The position numbers and the translations under genes are program-made. This document shows, in pieces, positions 1 through 13,103 of a stretch of 64,000 bases of DNA. Under the pieces are notes generated by a model that saw only the letters and a list, made by a program, of their open reading frames with translations, made no database searches and was not told where the DNA came from. Each line of letters opens with the position of its first letter. The stretch's first letter is position 1. Source of the stretch: Balamuthia mandrillaris (taxonomy: Eukaryota); the NCBI GenBank assembly GCA_031835245.2, contig JAVKOQ020000044.1:62001-126000 (forward strand), given 5' to 3'.

Positions 1-2582
1 GAAAGCGCTCATGAAGGAATGCGTGGAAACCATAGAACGATTGCGACAAGAACTCCACGTAAGTTTACTTCTCTGTCGCCTTCCTTCCTCTCTTTTTCAT
101 CCTTTTTAATACTGACTTTTTAAAAACAAAAACAAAGGCTCAACGTTGCAAAGAGGGTGTTTTCCTTCCACAAGACAGATACGAAACCATGGAACAAACG
201 CTGAAGACACAACGCGACAATCTCGACGAACTAGAAGCTCGTCTGCAAGCTCAAAAGTTGGAGTTGGAAAAGTTAGAGAACATGTTCCAGGAAAAGGAAT
301 TCGAGCTGAGAGAGAACGTCAAGCAACACAACCAGACCAAGGCTCTTTTGGCGGAGACAGAGGCACTGCTCCAAGAAACGAAGGAGATCTTGAGACAGAA
401 GGAAGTGGAGTTGTTGGAAACGAATGTAGTCGTCCAGGAGCACGAAAAGGTGGAACAGAAGCTGCACCAAGAGGCCAATGCCTTGATCTCTCGTTTGGGC
501 GAGACTGTGGAGGACATTGGTGGTTTGCATGGCAAGATTGGTTTGTTTGCTTCTTTGCACTCCTCGTTCTCTTATCACTCTATCAAAAAGCAATGTCTGA
601 CTGTTTTCCTCAATAGAACGTTCGTTGAATGTAATGTCCGAGAATGAACACCACGCAAACAGCTTTTATCAACGCCTTTCAACGAGAATACAGTCTCTTG
701 AAGAGAGGCTGTGTGACTGGAAACAAAAGCAAGGCACCGAAATTGCTGAGCTTGAACGTAGCGTCTCTTCCTTTGCTGATACAAGAGGAAAGGTAGGCTT
801 TAGTCTGCGGTCCTTCTTCGAAGCTTTTACTGAAGTTGTGTTATTCTTTAGGAGATGAAACGATTGGAACAAGAAGCCAAGGGAATGCTCGTTCTGCTCG
901 CTGAGAAGCGCCAGCAGCTCGTTTCCTCGGTGCACCTCCACAACCAACAGACCACCGGCACTCTCGCCTCCCTCTCCACCGAGGAAGAGGCTCATGCCCA
1001 ACAGCTGGAACATCGTCTTGTTCATCTCTCCGAAGAGGCCGAACGTACCATATCCGACTTGAGCCAAACTGTGGAGCGTCAACGCGCCGAGCTATGCGAT
1101 TGGCACGAACGCGTTTTGCTCTCCCACTTTTCTTCCGCCTCTCAACAAGTCTCTTCCTTTGTTCAGCAACAAGAGAGTTGCGTTCAAACGGTGCATCAAC
1201 GAATGGAAGAATTGGCGGCCAAAGCAGAGGAAAGCTCTCGACAGAAACGAACTTTGCTGGAGCGATTTGTGGAGGAGCAACAGTCAAAGACGGAGCAAAT
1301 GCAACAGGCTCTCATGCAACAAGTGGCTGCCTTTATGCAAAGCTTTGTGGTTGCTCAACAGAAGAGCATGGCAGAGTCTGTGGAGGATCTCATGCACTCG
1401 ATCTCTCGCGATGATGAGGACATTCGTCGCATGCGAGCGGAGCTGCAGCAGAGCACCCAACAAATCGGCAAACAAGCACTCGACATGCGCTCTCTCTTCC
1501 TACAGAAACAGAGCGAGACGGAGAAGAGCACAGCGACAGTGATGCAGCAAATGGAGGAGCAGCTCTTCTCTGCCTCTCAGCAAAGCTGCTCCACCATCAC
1601 CTCTCACCTCTCCTCCTCTATCAACTCCATTCGCGAACTCTCCAGCTCGCATCACGCTCTTCAACGCGATGTCCACATGAAGAATTGCTCCTCCGCTTTG
1701 AACCGTTTTGTGGAGGAGCAAAGCGAATGCCTTGTGCAATTGGAGAAGGAAGGTGAGGTCAAGCAATCCGCACTTGCAGCCTCGATGGAGGACGTTCACT
1801 CTGAAACCGTCGCCTCTTGCGAGCAGTGGAAGCAACGATTGGGCGAGTTTCATCGGGTGGCGGTGGAGCAGCACTGCCAGGAGCAGGTCGAGACAATGAA
1901 GGAGGTGGACGCTGCTGTGGATCAGTATCGCCGCTCGTTGAAGAAAGTTGTGCCGACGGGACAGACGCCGCAGAAGAGCAAAGCATATCGCTTTAGCAGG
2001 AACCTCTCTCGCGTTCCTCCTAGAGAAACCATTCTGAAGCAATACTATTCGCAAGAACAAGGAGAGGGAGAAGGAGAAGAAAATGGAGATGTGTTTGAGG
2101 AAAACGTGGATGGCGAAGAGTTTGGAGAAGAGGAGAAGAAAGAAGCAATGCTGGAAGAGGAGGAAGATGATGAACTCACCGAGGAATCTACTTTGAAGCA
2201 ACTAGAAGACAAGGAGGAGACTACCAAAGAATCGTCTTCTGCTCCTTGCTCCAAACCTTCCTCGCCGTTATCTGCTTCTTCATCAACGAAGACAACAAAG
2301 GTGAAGAAACGAAAGATTGGCGGCGAAGCGGTCGCTGCCAACAAGAAAACGTCTGCTTCCTCTTCTTCTTCCAAACTTCCTTCTTCCAAGTTGAAAGCGC
2401 CAACGGCAGTTGCAGTTACGACAACAAGGAAGCGAGCGGAAGCACAACAACAGCAACCGATTCGCATTCCCACAGCCACAACAACAACTGGTCGACGAGT
2501 TGCCAAACGAACACAACAACAAACAACGAAGAAAGACAGCAACAAAGAGAACAATGTACATAGTGTTAACCAAAGCCTTTAA
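1..2582 (+). CDS. Kinesin-5 (BimC/Eg5-like), stalk and tail; 5'-truncated by the window
   Basis: Spliced exons about 1-58, 138-540, 617-792, 852-2582. Long coiled coil plus BimC-box PTGQTPQK..Y.FSR.L. Motor domain lies outside the window. Confidence 0.85.
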
Positions 2583-2633
2583 GTATTAATAAGAATATTA
2601 TTAACTTTTTATAAATATTTATAACAACAAGAG

Positions 2634-2682
<49 letters not shown>

Positions 2683-2699
2683 TTTGAAAGCGTTTCTGT

Positions 2700-5009
2700 T
2701 CATTCTGCGGTTTCAGCAGGTTCTCCCAAGGCTTCCACAGCTTTCTCCAACCGGTTCCACCAGTCATCCCCGCCATCCATCGAGCCCTTGCGGAGAGAGC
2801 TGATGTGGTGATGCAAGAAGGCATGGAGGAACATCAGCGCGTTCTCCCTCACGTGTTCCGTTGGGCTGAGGGTCGGGTCGATCGTGGCGGAGTCCCTTCG
2901 TTGCAGGATCTCGTTGGTTCCGCCCTCCACGTCTCCTCCTTCGTTGCAAAGGGCGTCGTAGAAGTTGAGAAGGCCGTCTTGGTTGCTGGTGATGAACTCT
3001 CCCATTTTTTCCAGGTACCCTTCCTTCACTCCTGGAAGAGTTCCATTCGCAACATTCTGTTCAGGAGGACATGAAGGTTAGCAAAGGGAGAAGAAGAGCC
3101 CCAAGAAGAAAGAAGAGAAGAGGTTGAGGAGGAAGAAAGAGAGTAACAAACCTGAATGATCTTCGAAAGGAGAATAAGTTGTCTTTGGGCAGTAGGATGA
3201 GGCGGTGCTTCCAAGATGCCATACATCTGGGGAGCGATCAAACTAGGGCAGTAGAACCGCAAGAACAAGAATGCTCCCATCGTTCTATACGCCACATTCT
3301 GGATCTCATCCTCCGTTTGGTCATCGTCCACCTCTTCGCTTTCATCACCGCTGCTGCTGCTACTGCTGCTCTCCTCATCCTTGTTCTCCATCTTCTCCTT
3401 CCTGTTCCTCTTATTTGCTGTCGAGCGCAGCTCCCTCGTTCTTTGTTCCATGTTGTAACGAATGTGCCTCAAGACGTGGAGTATTTGAATAGGGATCTTG
3501 TTTCTGGATCGAAGAATGAGAGAGAAGAGCTTCTGAGCAACCAACCACAACTGCAACGTGTTGACCATCGCCTCTTCCTCGTCTTTCATTTTGGAGGGGT
3601 CCACTTCCAGAGAGGTCACTTCGAGGAAGTTGGAAGTGTGTCTGCGGCTTGCGGCAACGCTCCTCCTGCTCATATCAGACGTTCTTCTTCCCCCAAGAGT
3701 GTCCATTTGTACTGAACCTGTTGGTCAAAGAAAGCATTGAGTGATAACAGCAAAGAAGAAACTAGCAGCAAAGGGAAGAAAAGTCGAACCACCCGTTGAG
3801 CCTCCGCTTTCCAAGTCCGTACTGTCCGCCACAGAAGAACGCTCCGAGGAGACCGTATCTCTCACCTTGTATTTGCTCTCCGTCTGCTTCTCGCTCTTTA
3901 TCGCCGTGTCATTGATCTCGTGGATGGGAACCACCAGAGTGTCCCACAAGTAAGGCAGTCCCACCATTCTGGAATAGAAAGTGAATGAGGTGGTTGCTGC
4001 CGTAGTTTGACGAAAGACGGTGGAGTCATCTTTTAGCTTTTGCAGCTCGTGGGAGATGGTCTGACAGACGAGCTCTCCAGCACGATGGTGATAGTGGTAG
4101 AGTTGCAACACGGAGCGAATGACTCCACCGTCGGCGTCAATGTCGCCCGCTGCGTCGAAAAGGGATTGCATGAATGGACCCGAGTCGTCCAACAAAAGCT
4201 GTTCCAGTTCTTCGTATTCCTTTCAAAACAACAACCAAAGTTAGAATGAACGTATGAAGAGTGCAGAATGAAGAAGAAGAAGAAGAAGAACAGGAAGAGG
4301 AGAAATAACGAGAAGAAGAAGAAGGCAAGAAAGGAGAAACGAAAGCCAACCTCAGATTTCTTTTGGAAAGCAGACGAGGCTTGGTCCTTCAGAGCTTCGC
4401 CAAAGGCAATCTCTTTAAAGTCAGGAGGATGAAGCGTCTTTGGCCTGGCGTTCTGCCTCATTCGAATGAAGAGAACCAATGCCACAACAGCAATGGCCAA
4501 CAACAATAGCACCACAACTCCAAGTGAGACTCCCACCCCGATTCCGACGGTCTTTCCGGTGTCATCGCTCTCCTTGCTCTGCCCGTTGGCAGAGGAAAGA
4601 AGAACGAGTTCAACCGGATCCGTTGTTAACTGTCCGTTTCTGTTCCGCACCAAACAGCGAAGAACCATGTTGGGAGAAGAAGTGAGTTCAGACAGAGAAA
4701 CATCTCCGAATACGTAATCGGATGAGCTTTTGTTGGGATCGGTACTGTAGCCGAACGGAGAACGAAATGACGAGTTAGAAGAAAGAAGTGAATGAGAGAA
4801 GAAGGAAGAAGAGAAGCATACAATGTTGCTGAGGTTTGACCGTTGGCTTCATTAACAGAGACGTCAACATCGGTGAGATCAACGGTAAGAATACTCTCGG
4901 TGGCGTTTGCAATATTGACCCAAGTTTCGTTCGTTTCTTGTCTTCTCCACCGAGCGATGTATTCTCTTGTTGAATCAACTATAACAGCAAAAGAAAAGAA
5001 ACAAAAGTC

Positions 5010-5045
<36 letters not shown>

Positions 5046-5841
5046 CGCAAGAATGAAAGACGATAGAGGAGGAGAGAAGTACATCTACAAACAGGCTTCT
5101 CGCCTCCTTTGTACACTCTATCACAAGAAGCAAATGAGGTAGACTCGGGCATTTTCACAACGCCAGTCTTTGTCATCGTCGTCCCCATGAAACTCTCTCT
5201 TCCTTCCGCCTCCTCCAAAGAGCCAGAAACTCGTTTTTGCCATTGATAAGTGGGCTCAGGATAACCGACAGCTGAAACTTGGAAAGTGTTGAGCCTGCCT
5301 CCTTCTGCTGAGAACGAGGAGGGCACATCAGCGGTCAACTTTGGCATATCTCCTTCCACTGTAACGCTGCTCGCCGCAAAGGTTGCGATCTCACCATTAT
5401 CACAACATGCTGCAAACTTCGAAAGAAAGAGGCGAATATAAGCAACAAGAGAAGAAGAAGAACAACAACAAGAAGAAAGAAGAACGAAGATAAAGGGATA
5501 GATACTTCAATAGTAGCTAAAGAAGATTGGGAGAACGTAATGTCGGCGGAAATGCTGCCATCGTCATTATCTTCATAGGTAATGCTGCTCACGACGCCAC
5601 AAGGGCCACCCGATTGATACCATGAACATCGCAGCGAGTCGTTGGCTGGTTTTGTGGCGGTCATCGATGCGCCGCTTAATACTGTTGTCGCATTGGTAAT
5701 GTTCACTATGGAATACATTGTTTTCATAGGCAAGTGAGTCAGCAAGCAGAATAGAATGGAATGAAGAAAGGAGAAGCCGAGAAGCAGAGGAACAAAGGAA
5801 CAGAGCAGCAGAGAACGAGAGAAGCCGATAAGACCGATGAC

Positions 5842-5872
<31 letters not shown>

Positions 5873-6682
5873 AAGAAGAAGAAGAAAGAAGAACAAGAAG
5901 AAGAAAGAAGAACAAGAACGAATACTAACCAATTTCCATGGGAGACAACGTGACGATCGGCGACTCGTAAACCATTTTCATCTCCTCGCCACTCAGCACC
6001 CTTCTGTAGGCTCGAAAGTCATCCAAGTATCCTACGAATGGATAGACATTTTCGCTGGCAAAGGCTCCTATTTGGACCATCTCGCCGTTCTTCTCGTAGC
6101 CCGTCAGAGGTTCCGGCAGCTCCCACGCGGCATCCTCCTCTCCATCCAGGTAGAATCGAACGACGTTCACTCCGTCGAAGGTGAGACCGAGGTGATGCCA
6201 TTGGTTCAGCTCGATGATCGTGTTGGAGAAGAGATAATAGTCGTAGCCTTCTATCATGGCATACATGATCAGCTGGTCGGTAATGTTCTCTACTTTTGGA
6301 AGCAGGCCAAAGTCCCATGATGCTGTTTTGTTGTTGTTCAAACATCAGAAGAAGAAGAAGAAGAAGAAGAAACGAAAAGAAGAAGGAGCAAACCTGGTTT
6401 ATACAGGACGGTAGAGCCCCAGTAATCATCGGCAACTCTTTCCGTGTTAACCCATATGCTCAGTGCGAAGCCATTGGCTCCACCTCCTATACTCCACCTG
6501 CCAACCTCTTTTTTTTTTCGTTCTGGTGAGCCAACCAAGCAATAAAAGAGGAGAAAGAGCGAGAAGAGAGAAGAGAAAAAGGAAGCAAAAAGCAAAAAGA
6601 AAGAAAGAAAAAGAAATGACAAAGAATGAAAGAAAGAAATGACAATAAACGACAAGAACGCCGCAAGGAAGGAAAAGAGAGA

Positions 6683-6719
<37 letters not shown>

Positions 6720-7158
6720 ACAAGGACAAGAACAAGAACAACAAGAAGAAGATGAAGTGAAAAAAAATAAGCAGAACCAACAAACCTAAAGAGTTGTCTT
6801 TATAAATGCTCCCATCGCTGAACTTGGCGCTATAGTTGAAGTACATGCAGCCGCCAAAAACGCACTCGCTCTCCTCCCCGATGAATATGTGCTCGGTGGT
6901 GTTTTTGACGGTGGGAAAAGGGGGAATGTCGAAGCGAATGGGGCAAGAGCCGAAAGTGGCTTCCAGCTCGACCTCTTGGCCGTCGCCGCGCGCTCGATCA
7001 AAGGTGTAGGCCACCAGCAGAGGGGAGCCCTCCTCCTCGTCCGACTGCCTTTCCTCCGGGGGTTCTGTCTGCTGTCGGCCGGCGACCAGGAGAAGAAGAA
7101 GAGAAGAGGAGAGGAGAAGAAAGCATACTGATAGAGAAAGAGAACGAAGAGGAAGCAT
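2700..7158 (-). CDS. Single-pass receptor: signal peptide, LamG/ConA-like, Ig-like, TM, RasGAP
   Basis: Signal peptide [27 protein letters not shown]. LamG motifs NQWHHLGLTFDG, YLDG, GYLDDFRAYRRVLS. Ig-like SAVGYPEPTYQWQK. TM VGIGVGVSLGVVVLLLLAIAVVALVLFI. RasGAP motifs VFRQTTAAT, FLFLRFYCPSLIAP, LSKIIQ. Multi-exon; linkage of all exons into one gene is inferred. Confidence 0.8.
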
Positions 7159-7654
7159 TTTTTTTTTTGCAGATTCTTTTTTTCTACAAAAGGCGAGCCT
7201 CTACGTTTGCAGCCCTTCGTCGGCTTTCAGGGCAAAATGTACAAACTTGTCCTCAAGGACTATACAACCCTTGCAACTGCGGAACTGGTCCGTTTTTCAG
7301 CGTTTCTTAATGAATTGATAATGTTTCCTGCTTTATTTTTCGATGAACCATTTATTTACTTATCTTTCAGATCCTCAGGAGCAAGATGGTCGGCGATGAA
7401 TAGGGAAAAGAGACGAGGGCACCGGCTACAAGAAAAATATGCGCCGATAGTTTTCGCTCGTTAGGGAAACGCAGCTGCACAGCGTTACGGACACGAGATA
7501 TGTCATTTTTTGCAGACAGATAACGAGAGAGGACCAGAGATCTCTTAATAATTTATCGACAAATAATCGAAAGGAAATTTCGACAATTAAATGTAGACAG
7601 ACAAGAGAGAAGACATGAGACAACAGCAACATCAAAAGAAAAGAAAAGAAAAGA

Positions 7655-8959
7655 ATGAAAGGACAAAACCTAGCGCACCTCATCCATCTGCTGGAAGAAC
7701 AGGAGGAAAAGGAGCGGCACCTCGCGCCGGAGGAGCGGTACCGCTTGAAGAAACAAAGGGAGGAGGAAGCCCGTCAGGAGTACATCCTGCGCATGACCCC
7801 GGTCGCCGATGCTGCCGCCGACGATTTGGTCGCCCAGGTGCAACAGGAAAAGAAGGAGAGGAGAAGAGCCCGCCAAAAGCAAAAACGGAGGCAGCAAAAA
7901 GCTCGGCAGAAGAACGCCAAACAACAACCACAACAAGAGAATGAAGAAAAAGAAGAAGAAGAAGGTGAGAAAGAGAAAGAAGAAGAGATAACGGAAGAAG
8001 AGAAAGCGAAAGACGAAGAAGAAACGAAAAGAAGGAAAGAAGCAGAAGAAGAAGAACGACAAGAAAGAGAGTTGGTGGAAACGGACTATGTTGGGGAGTG
8101 GCAAACAAAACAAACCCACAAGAAGAAAAAGAAGAAGCACGGAAACAGAAACCAAAGAGACAGAAGAAAGAGAAACCAACGACAAATGAGTGCAACAATG
8201 GAAGGAGGAGAAGAACATGAAGAAGGGAAGAAGAAGACAAGTCCACCGGTCTCACCCTTCCAAGTTACCTTCCTGAACAACCTCAAACAAAACGAGCTGG
8301 AAGAGAAACTGGTGCTTCTCTCCAAGGCGCCACAACAACCACCACCACAACAAACAGAGGAGGATGGCTCGACCGCAGCAGCAACGACAAAAGCAAAGTG
8401 GGAGCCCATTCTCTCGGACTATTTGAGCCAAACGGATTATCTCAACAGGACGTTGTTGCAGTCGTTCCTGAACAACATGGACAGTCTACAATGCAAATGG
8501 GCTGATGAGGAGGAGGAAGAAGAACATGAGGGAGAAGAGGCTTTGCAACACTCTCGACAGGACGAGTGTGAATTTTCTGATGGTTCGTTTTGTGCTTCGT
8601 CAGAGGATGAAAAAGAAAAAGGAGCTGGAGAAGGAGAACGACAAGGAGAAGAGGAGTGGAATCCGCTCTACGAAAGAAACCTTGCTGGAAAGAAGACAAA
8701 GACCAGACGAAAGAAGGTAGAGAGCAAACACGAGACGACAACGACAAAGCCGCAGTTTGAGGCATTACTCGAGCGAGTACAGCAGAAACGAAGGCAGAAA
8801 TGGGAAGAAGAGAGAAGCAGAGAAACTTCTGAAACGAAAGATACGTCACAGAGTGAACCGGAGGAAGACTGGCTGAACGACACGGAACGACTGTTAGTGG
8901 CTCTGTATCAACATATGAACTCTCAGTTTGAACAGCTGTTTCGGCGGTTAGATGGGTAG
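7655..8959 (+). CDS. Hypothetical 434-aa E/K/Q-rich coiled-coil/low-complexity protein
   Basis: Single uninterrupted ORF from ATG to TAG with coding-like composition. No recognisable domain. Confidence 0.6.
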   Translation: MKGQNLAHLIHLLEEQEEKERHLAPEERYRLKKQREEEARQEYILRMTPVADAAADDLVAQVQQEKKERRRARQKQKRRQQKARQKNAKQQPQQENEEKEEEEGEKEKEEEITEEEKAKDEEETKRRKEAEEEERQERELVETDYVGEWQTKQTHKKKKKKHGNRNQRDRRKRNQRQMSATMEGGEEHEEGKKKTSPPVSPFQVTFLNNLKQNELEEKLVLLSKAPQQPPPQQTEEDGSTAAATTKAKWEPILSDYLSQTDYLNRTLLQSFLNNMDSLQCKWADEEEEEEHEGEEALQHSRQDECEFSDGSFCASSEDEKEKGAGEGERQGEEEWNPLYERNLAGKKTKTRRKKVESKHETTTTKPQFEALLERVQQKRRQKWEEERSRETSETKDTSQSEPEEDWLNDTERLLVALYQHMNSQFEQLFRRLDG

Positions 8960-9066
8960 CAACAAAAAGAGAATAACCCATGCAGCAACGAAAACAACGA
9001 ATATGCTTTTTGGTACATGGTAGAAGATGAACAACGAAAACAAAAAAGACGAACTCATGGAAGTGA

Positions 9067-12000
9067 CTAGGCACTTGTTTGCAATCTCTTGATGATGTCT
9101 TTGAAAAAAGGCCTGCATTTACCAAAGCAAAGAAGAAGTGTAAGACGAAGAGAGCAAGAAGAGAGAACAGGGAGGGAAAGGAAGGAAAAGAGAAAGGACA
9201 AACCTTTTGCTTGCATCCATTTGGAAACAATCTGCAAGGAGCTCATGCAATACTGCTGGAGCGGTGGAAGGAAGGCTCAGTGTTTCTTCATTTAACACGG
9301 CTTCCACGACCTCTGGGTTGTTCATTCCTGCGTATGGTTGTTCTCCTTTGTTCGCCAACTCCCAAAGCAATACTCCATAACCTTTTTGTTTTAAAAAAAA
9401 TAGACGAGAAGGTGAGAAGAGTACGAGAGATGAAAAGAGAGAAGCAAGATAAAGAGCATAGCAGCGAAAGAGAGAGCGAGAGAGGAAGAGGAAGGCAGCA
9501 GAGTGAGCGGGCGAGAGTTCAATGTACTCCAAACATCAGCTTTTTCGGTGACATGCCCTCCAGACAACGCCTCTGGAGCTGTCCATCTGACTGGAACTTT
9601 CTTCTCTGCAACAGCTCCATTCACAACACTCGACAATCCAAAGTCTGCGTGTTCCAGATGATGAGCAAAAGCACAAAGCAGGAAAACTTAGAGACACCAA
9701 CCTCCAACTTTAACAGTCAAGTCAGGAGTGAGAAGAATGTTGCGAGCAGCAAGGTCTCGATGGATGATGCCTTCAGAATGCAAGTGATGCATTCCCGTTG
9801 CCACCTGAATGGCCATTCTCATGATGGTCGCGTTGGAAGGAGGGTTGTTGCGAATGTAGTTTCGGAGGTCTCCGTTGGAGAGATACTCAGTGATTAAGCA
9901 CCATGGCTGGCCATCCTCTGTGCAAACTCCAAACAGCTGAACGACGTTTGTGTGAGGTCGAAGGTTTCTTGGTTGAAGAAAGAAAGCACTGTCAGCGGAA
10001 GAAAGTACAACAGACGTATAAAAGCAAGAGAGAAAGCAGAAAGATAGGCGTACTTCATGATGTCCATCTCTGCTCGGAATGCCTCTTTGAGAGCAGGAGA
10101 ATTCATGATGGAGTTGAACTGTTGTTATTTTAGCAACTCTCAGTTATTAGCTTATCAGGAAAACGATAGGAAAGTTACTCAGAGATACAAACCATTTTAA
10201 TCGCAACAGTAGTTTCTCTCCATTTCCCTCTCCATACCAGTCCAAAACCTCTGTTGAAATCGTTTCAGCAAGTTTGAAGGAAAGAAGAAGAAGAATAGGA
10301 GGAGAAAAAGCCAAAGTTGAAGAAGAAAAAGAACGAGAACAAGATGTGGTGAAACACAAAAGCAATTCTTACCCTTTGCCTATCTTCTCGATGAACTCAA
10401 GTTCTGAAAACGGGATCTCCCATTCGAATCCACTTCTGGCCTCACCTCGCCTTTTGCTTGGACCGAAGTCAATGGGAGTTGCATACATCTCCATGTCTTC
10501 GTCAACCGACTCCAGGTCTTCCAGGTTTCGTCTCTTACGCATTAACGCAGCTTTCCTCTTTCTAATGAGGATGTACAGAATAAAAGGCACAATGAACAGA
10601 AGCAAGAGCAATCCTCCGCCTCCTCCAATGATGATCCACATCCATTTCTCTGCGAAATCATCGTCATCATCGCCCCTTTGGGCCGTCGATCCACTGTCTC
10701 CGTCATCTACAGAATCCACTGGTTCGGTTGTAAGCTAATGATCAGAAAAGAACCTCAAAAGCCCATTCATAACTTACCATGAATGAATCTGTACAAGTGC
10801 TGATAGACTGGGTTCTCGATGGTTTCGGGGTAACCGCTGCTGCATTCCACAGAAACGTTCAAAACCTTCACTCGACTGTCGAAAGACAGCACAGTTCTTC
10901 GCTCCGAGGCAGCTTCCGCTGTCATAGCTTCAAACCAGCACTCTATGGTGCGAGAAGGGAGACGGCCAGCCTCATCCAAGCCCAAGTCCCTACAATCCGA
11001 TTCTCCTGACATAAGGGTTACCAGCGGAGCATCGCTCCCTTCAAGAAAGAGGTTGCACGTTATGTTTCTGGCGTACAGAGCTCCCTCACTGTTAGCTTCC
11101 ATAAGAAAGGCCAGAGCAGTATCAAAAATAATTTCTCCATCATCGGTAGTGCCCATATCATCCTTTTGAGAGAGAGGGGAAGCGTAAGTCTGACATACAC
11201 CAAGAAACAGCAAACAAGAATAAGAACAAGAACAAGAAAACAAACAAAACTGTCGAAAGAAATAAAAATGATGACGGAATGGGGAGAATGTAACCTGGCC
11301 TCGTTTACGGACGGATATTTCTTCTTCATACCATGACGAGTCAGAGTCATAGGGAGAAGCAGAAGAAGAGGTGTCATCATCATTTGAAGAAGAATCCGCG
11401 TCATTCAGATTCCAGTTGACCACGCGGACAGTGACATTCACGTCATCCAGTTCCTCTATAACCTTCATTTGAAGCTGCTGTTCCTTTCCAACCAACTTAC
11501 CATCTTCGTCTCTGCAGCTGAAAGCAACTTCAAAGGAAGGATTGCCAGCAAGCTCCTTAGTTGTTGTGATGGAGATGCGAGGAATGGTATCGCCAGGAGC
11601 GGCATCCAACAAGCAAGAAACGACCAGGTTGGGCTCGTAACTGGCTTCACAATCTCCGGCTTCCTCGCTGTTGCTGTGGAAGGATAAAGCAGCAGTGGAA
11701 AAGTACCATGTGCAGATGGAGCCAAGTGAAGAAGAAGGGCCATCGTTATGAATGAGAGTGCTTATTTCTGACACTTCATCCAGCTGAATACTTCGGGCCG
11801 TGTCCTCTGCAACGGAATAAAAAGAACAGCAGGTACAAATGAGAAGAAGCACGGCAAGAAGCAGAATGACAAAGGTGGAAGGAGGTAGAAGGGATGATCA
11901 CCAGCAAACGAATGGGAAAGATCCCAAACAGCGGAGACGTTGAAGCTATGAGCAATGTCTGGAGGAATGGACACCAAAGTGCCTTGGGCAGTGCAGTTGG

Positions 12001-13103
12001 TCACTTGCAAAGTCATGACTCCGCGAAAGTCTGGTGACGGAGCTATTCCGAATCCTTCGACAATTACGCCTATCATATCCCAACAAATGTTAACGTTTAT
12101 TCCTTCGTAGAGAGGAGGAGAAGAAGAAGAAGAACAACAACAAGAAGAAGCAGAATAAGAACGACGAAGAACAAGAAGAAGAGAATTGCGACAGGCCAAT
12201 AGAAGACAAAAAACGAACGTGGAATATCAGGTGAAACGGTTTCAGTGGCGGTACATCTCCATGTGTCTGACCCTTGGGCCACACAAACGTCCGGGGCAAC
12301 ACCAAAGTCTCCTTCCGAAGAGGTGATGTCACAAGTGGAGCTAAGGGCAGCAGAAGGTCCGCTATTGGTAATGCTGACATCAAAGGAGGCAGCCTGGCCG
12401 GCAACATAACGGGATTGGTGGACCTCAATGGAGGGAGTCAGCGCTACCTCAGCTTCTCCTGTTGTGAATGCGCCAGAGGCTGTTCTCTTTTCTTTCAAGT
12501 ACTCACCGGCCTCTTTTCAAGGAACATGGCGAAAAAAAGTCAGCCAACACAACTTCTCAGGGAGAGAGAGAGAGAGAGAGAGAGTGAAAGGAGAGGAGAG
12601 CAGAGGAGGAGAGGAGAGGGGAGGTGAGGGCAGGACATACTTCCATACTGATAGTAGGAACTCAAGGTAGCCGCAACGGTGTATGATGTGGAGACTGCTT
12701 CCGGAGGAACGGTAATGGTAACGCCGAAACGTACAGGCGGAATGGAATTCCCGTAATAGGTCCTACAGTCCGTCGCAGTACAGGCCCACTCCGGTGGAGT
12801 GTCATGTGGATTGTAGTTAGCCGAGTCTTTTATTGAACAAAAGAGAGTTAGAAACTCTTCTTACATTTTTTGCAAAAACAAAACCCAAAGTGGAAGATAC
12901 CTACACCCAACAACAATGGACGGGTTATTGAGCTTAAAGACCAAGTCTCCAACAGCCATAACTAGGTTTTGAGTTTTAAAGTACACCACCACGTTGGTGC
13001 CAGGGGTTGGATTGCTTTTGCTCACCCCATCATAGACCAGCTGTTGCGCCGAAGCCACGCCGGCAACAATCAACAGCAGCAAAAAACTGGCCGAAGCGGA
13101 CAT
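9067..13103 (-). CDS. Receptor tyrosine kinase with DUF11-like ectodomain repeats
   Basis: Signal MSASASFLLLLIVAGVASA. DUF11-like SITNSGPSAA. TM WIIIGGGGGLLLLLFIVPFILYILI. Spliced kinase IGKGGFGLVW, VAIK, HRDLAARN, KVGDFG, PVRWTAPE, DVWSYG. Stop TAG at 9067-9069. Confidence 0.85.
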
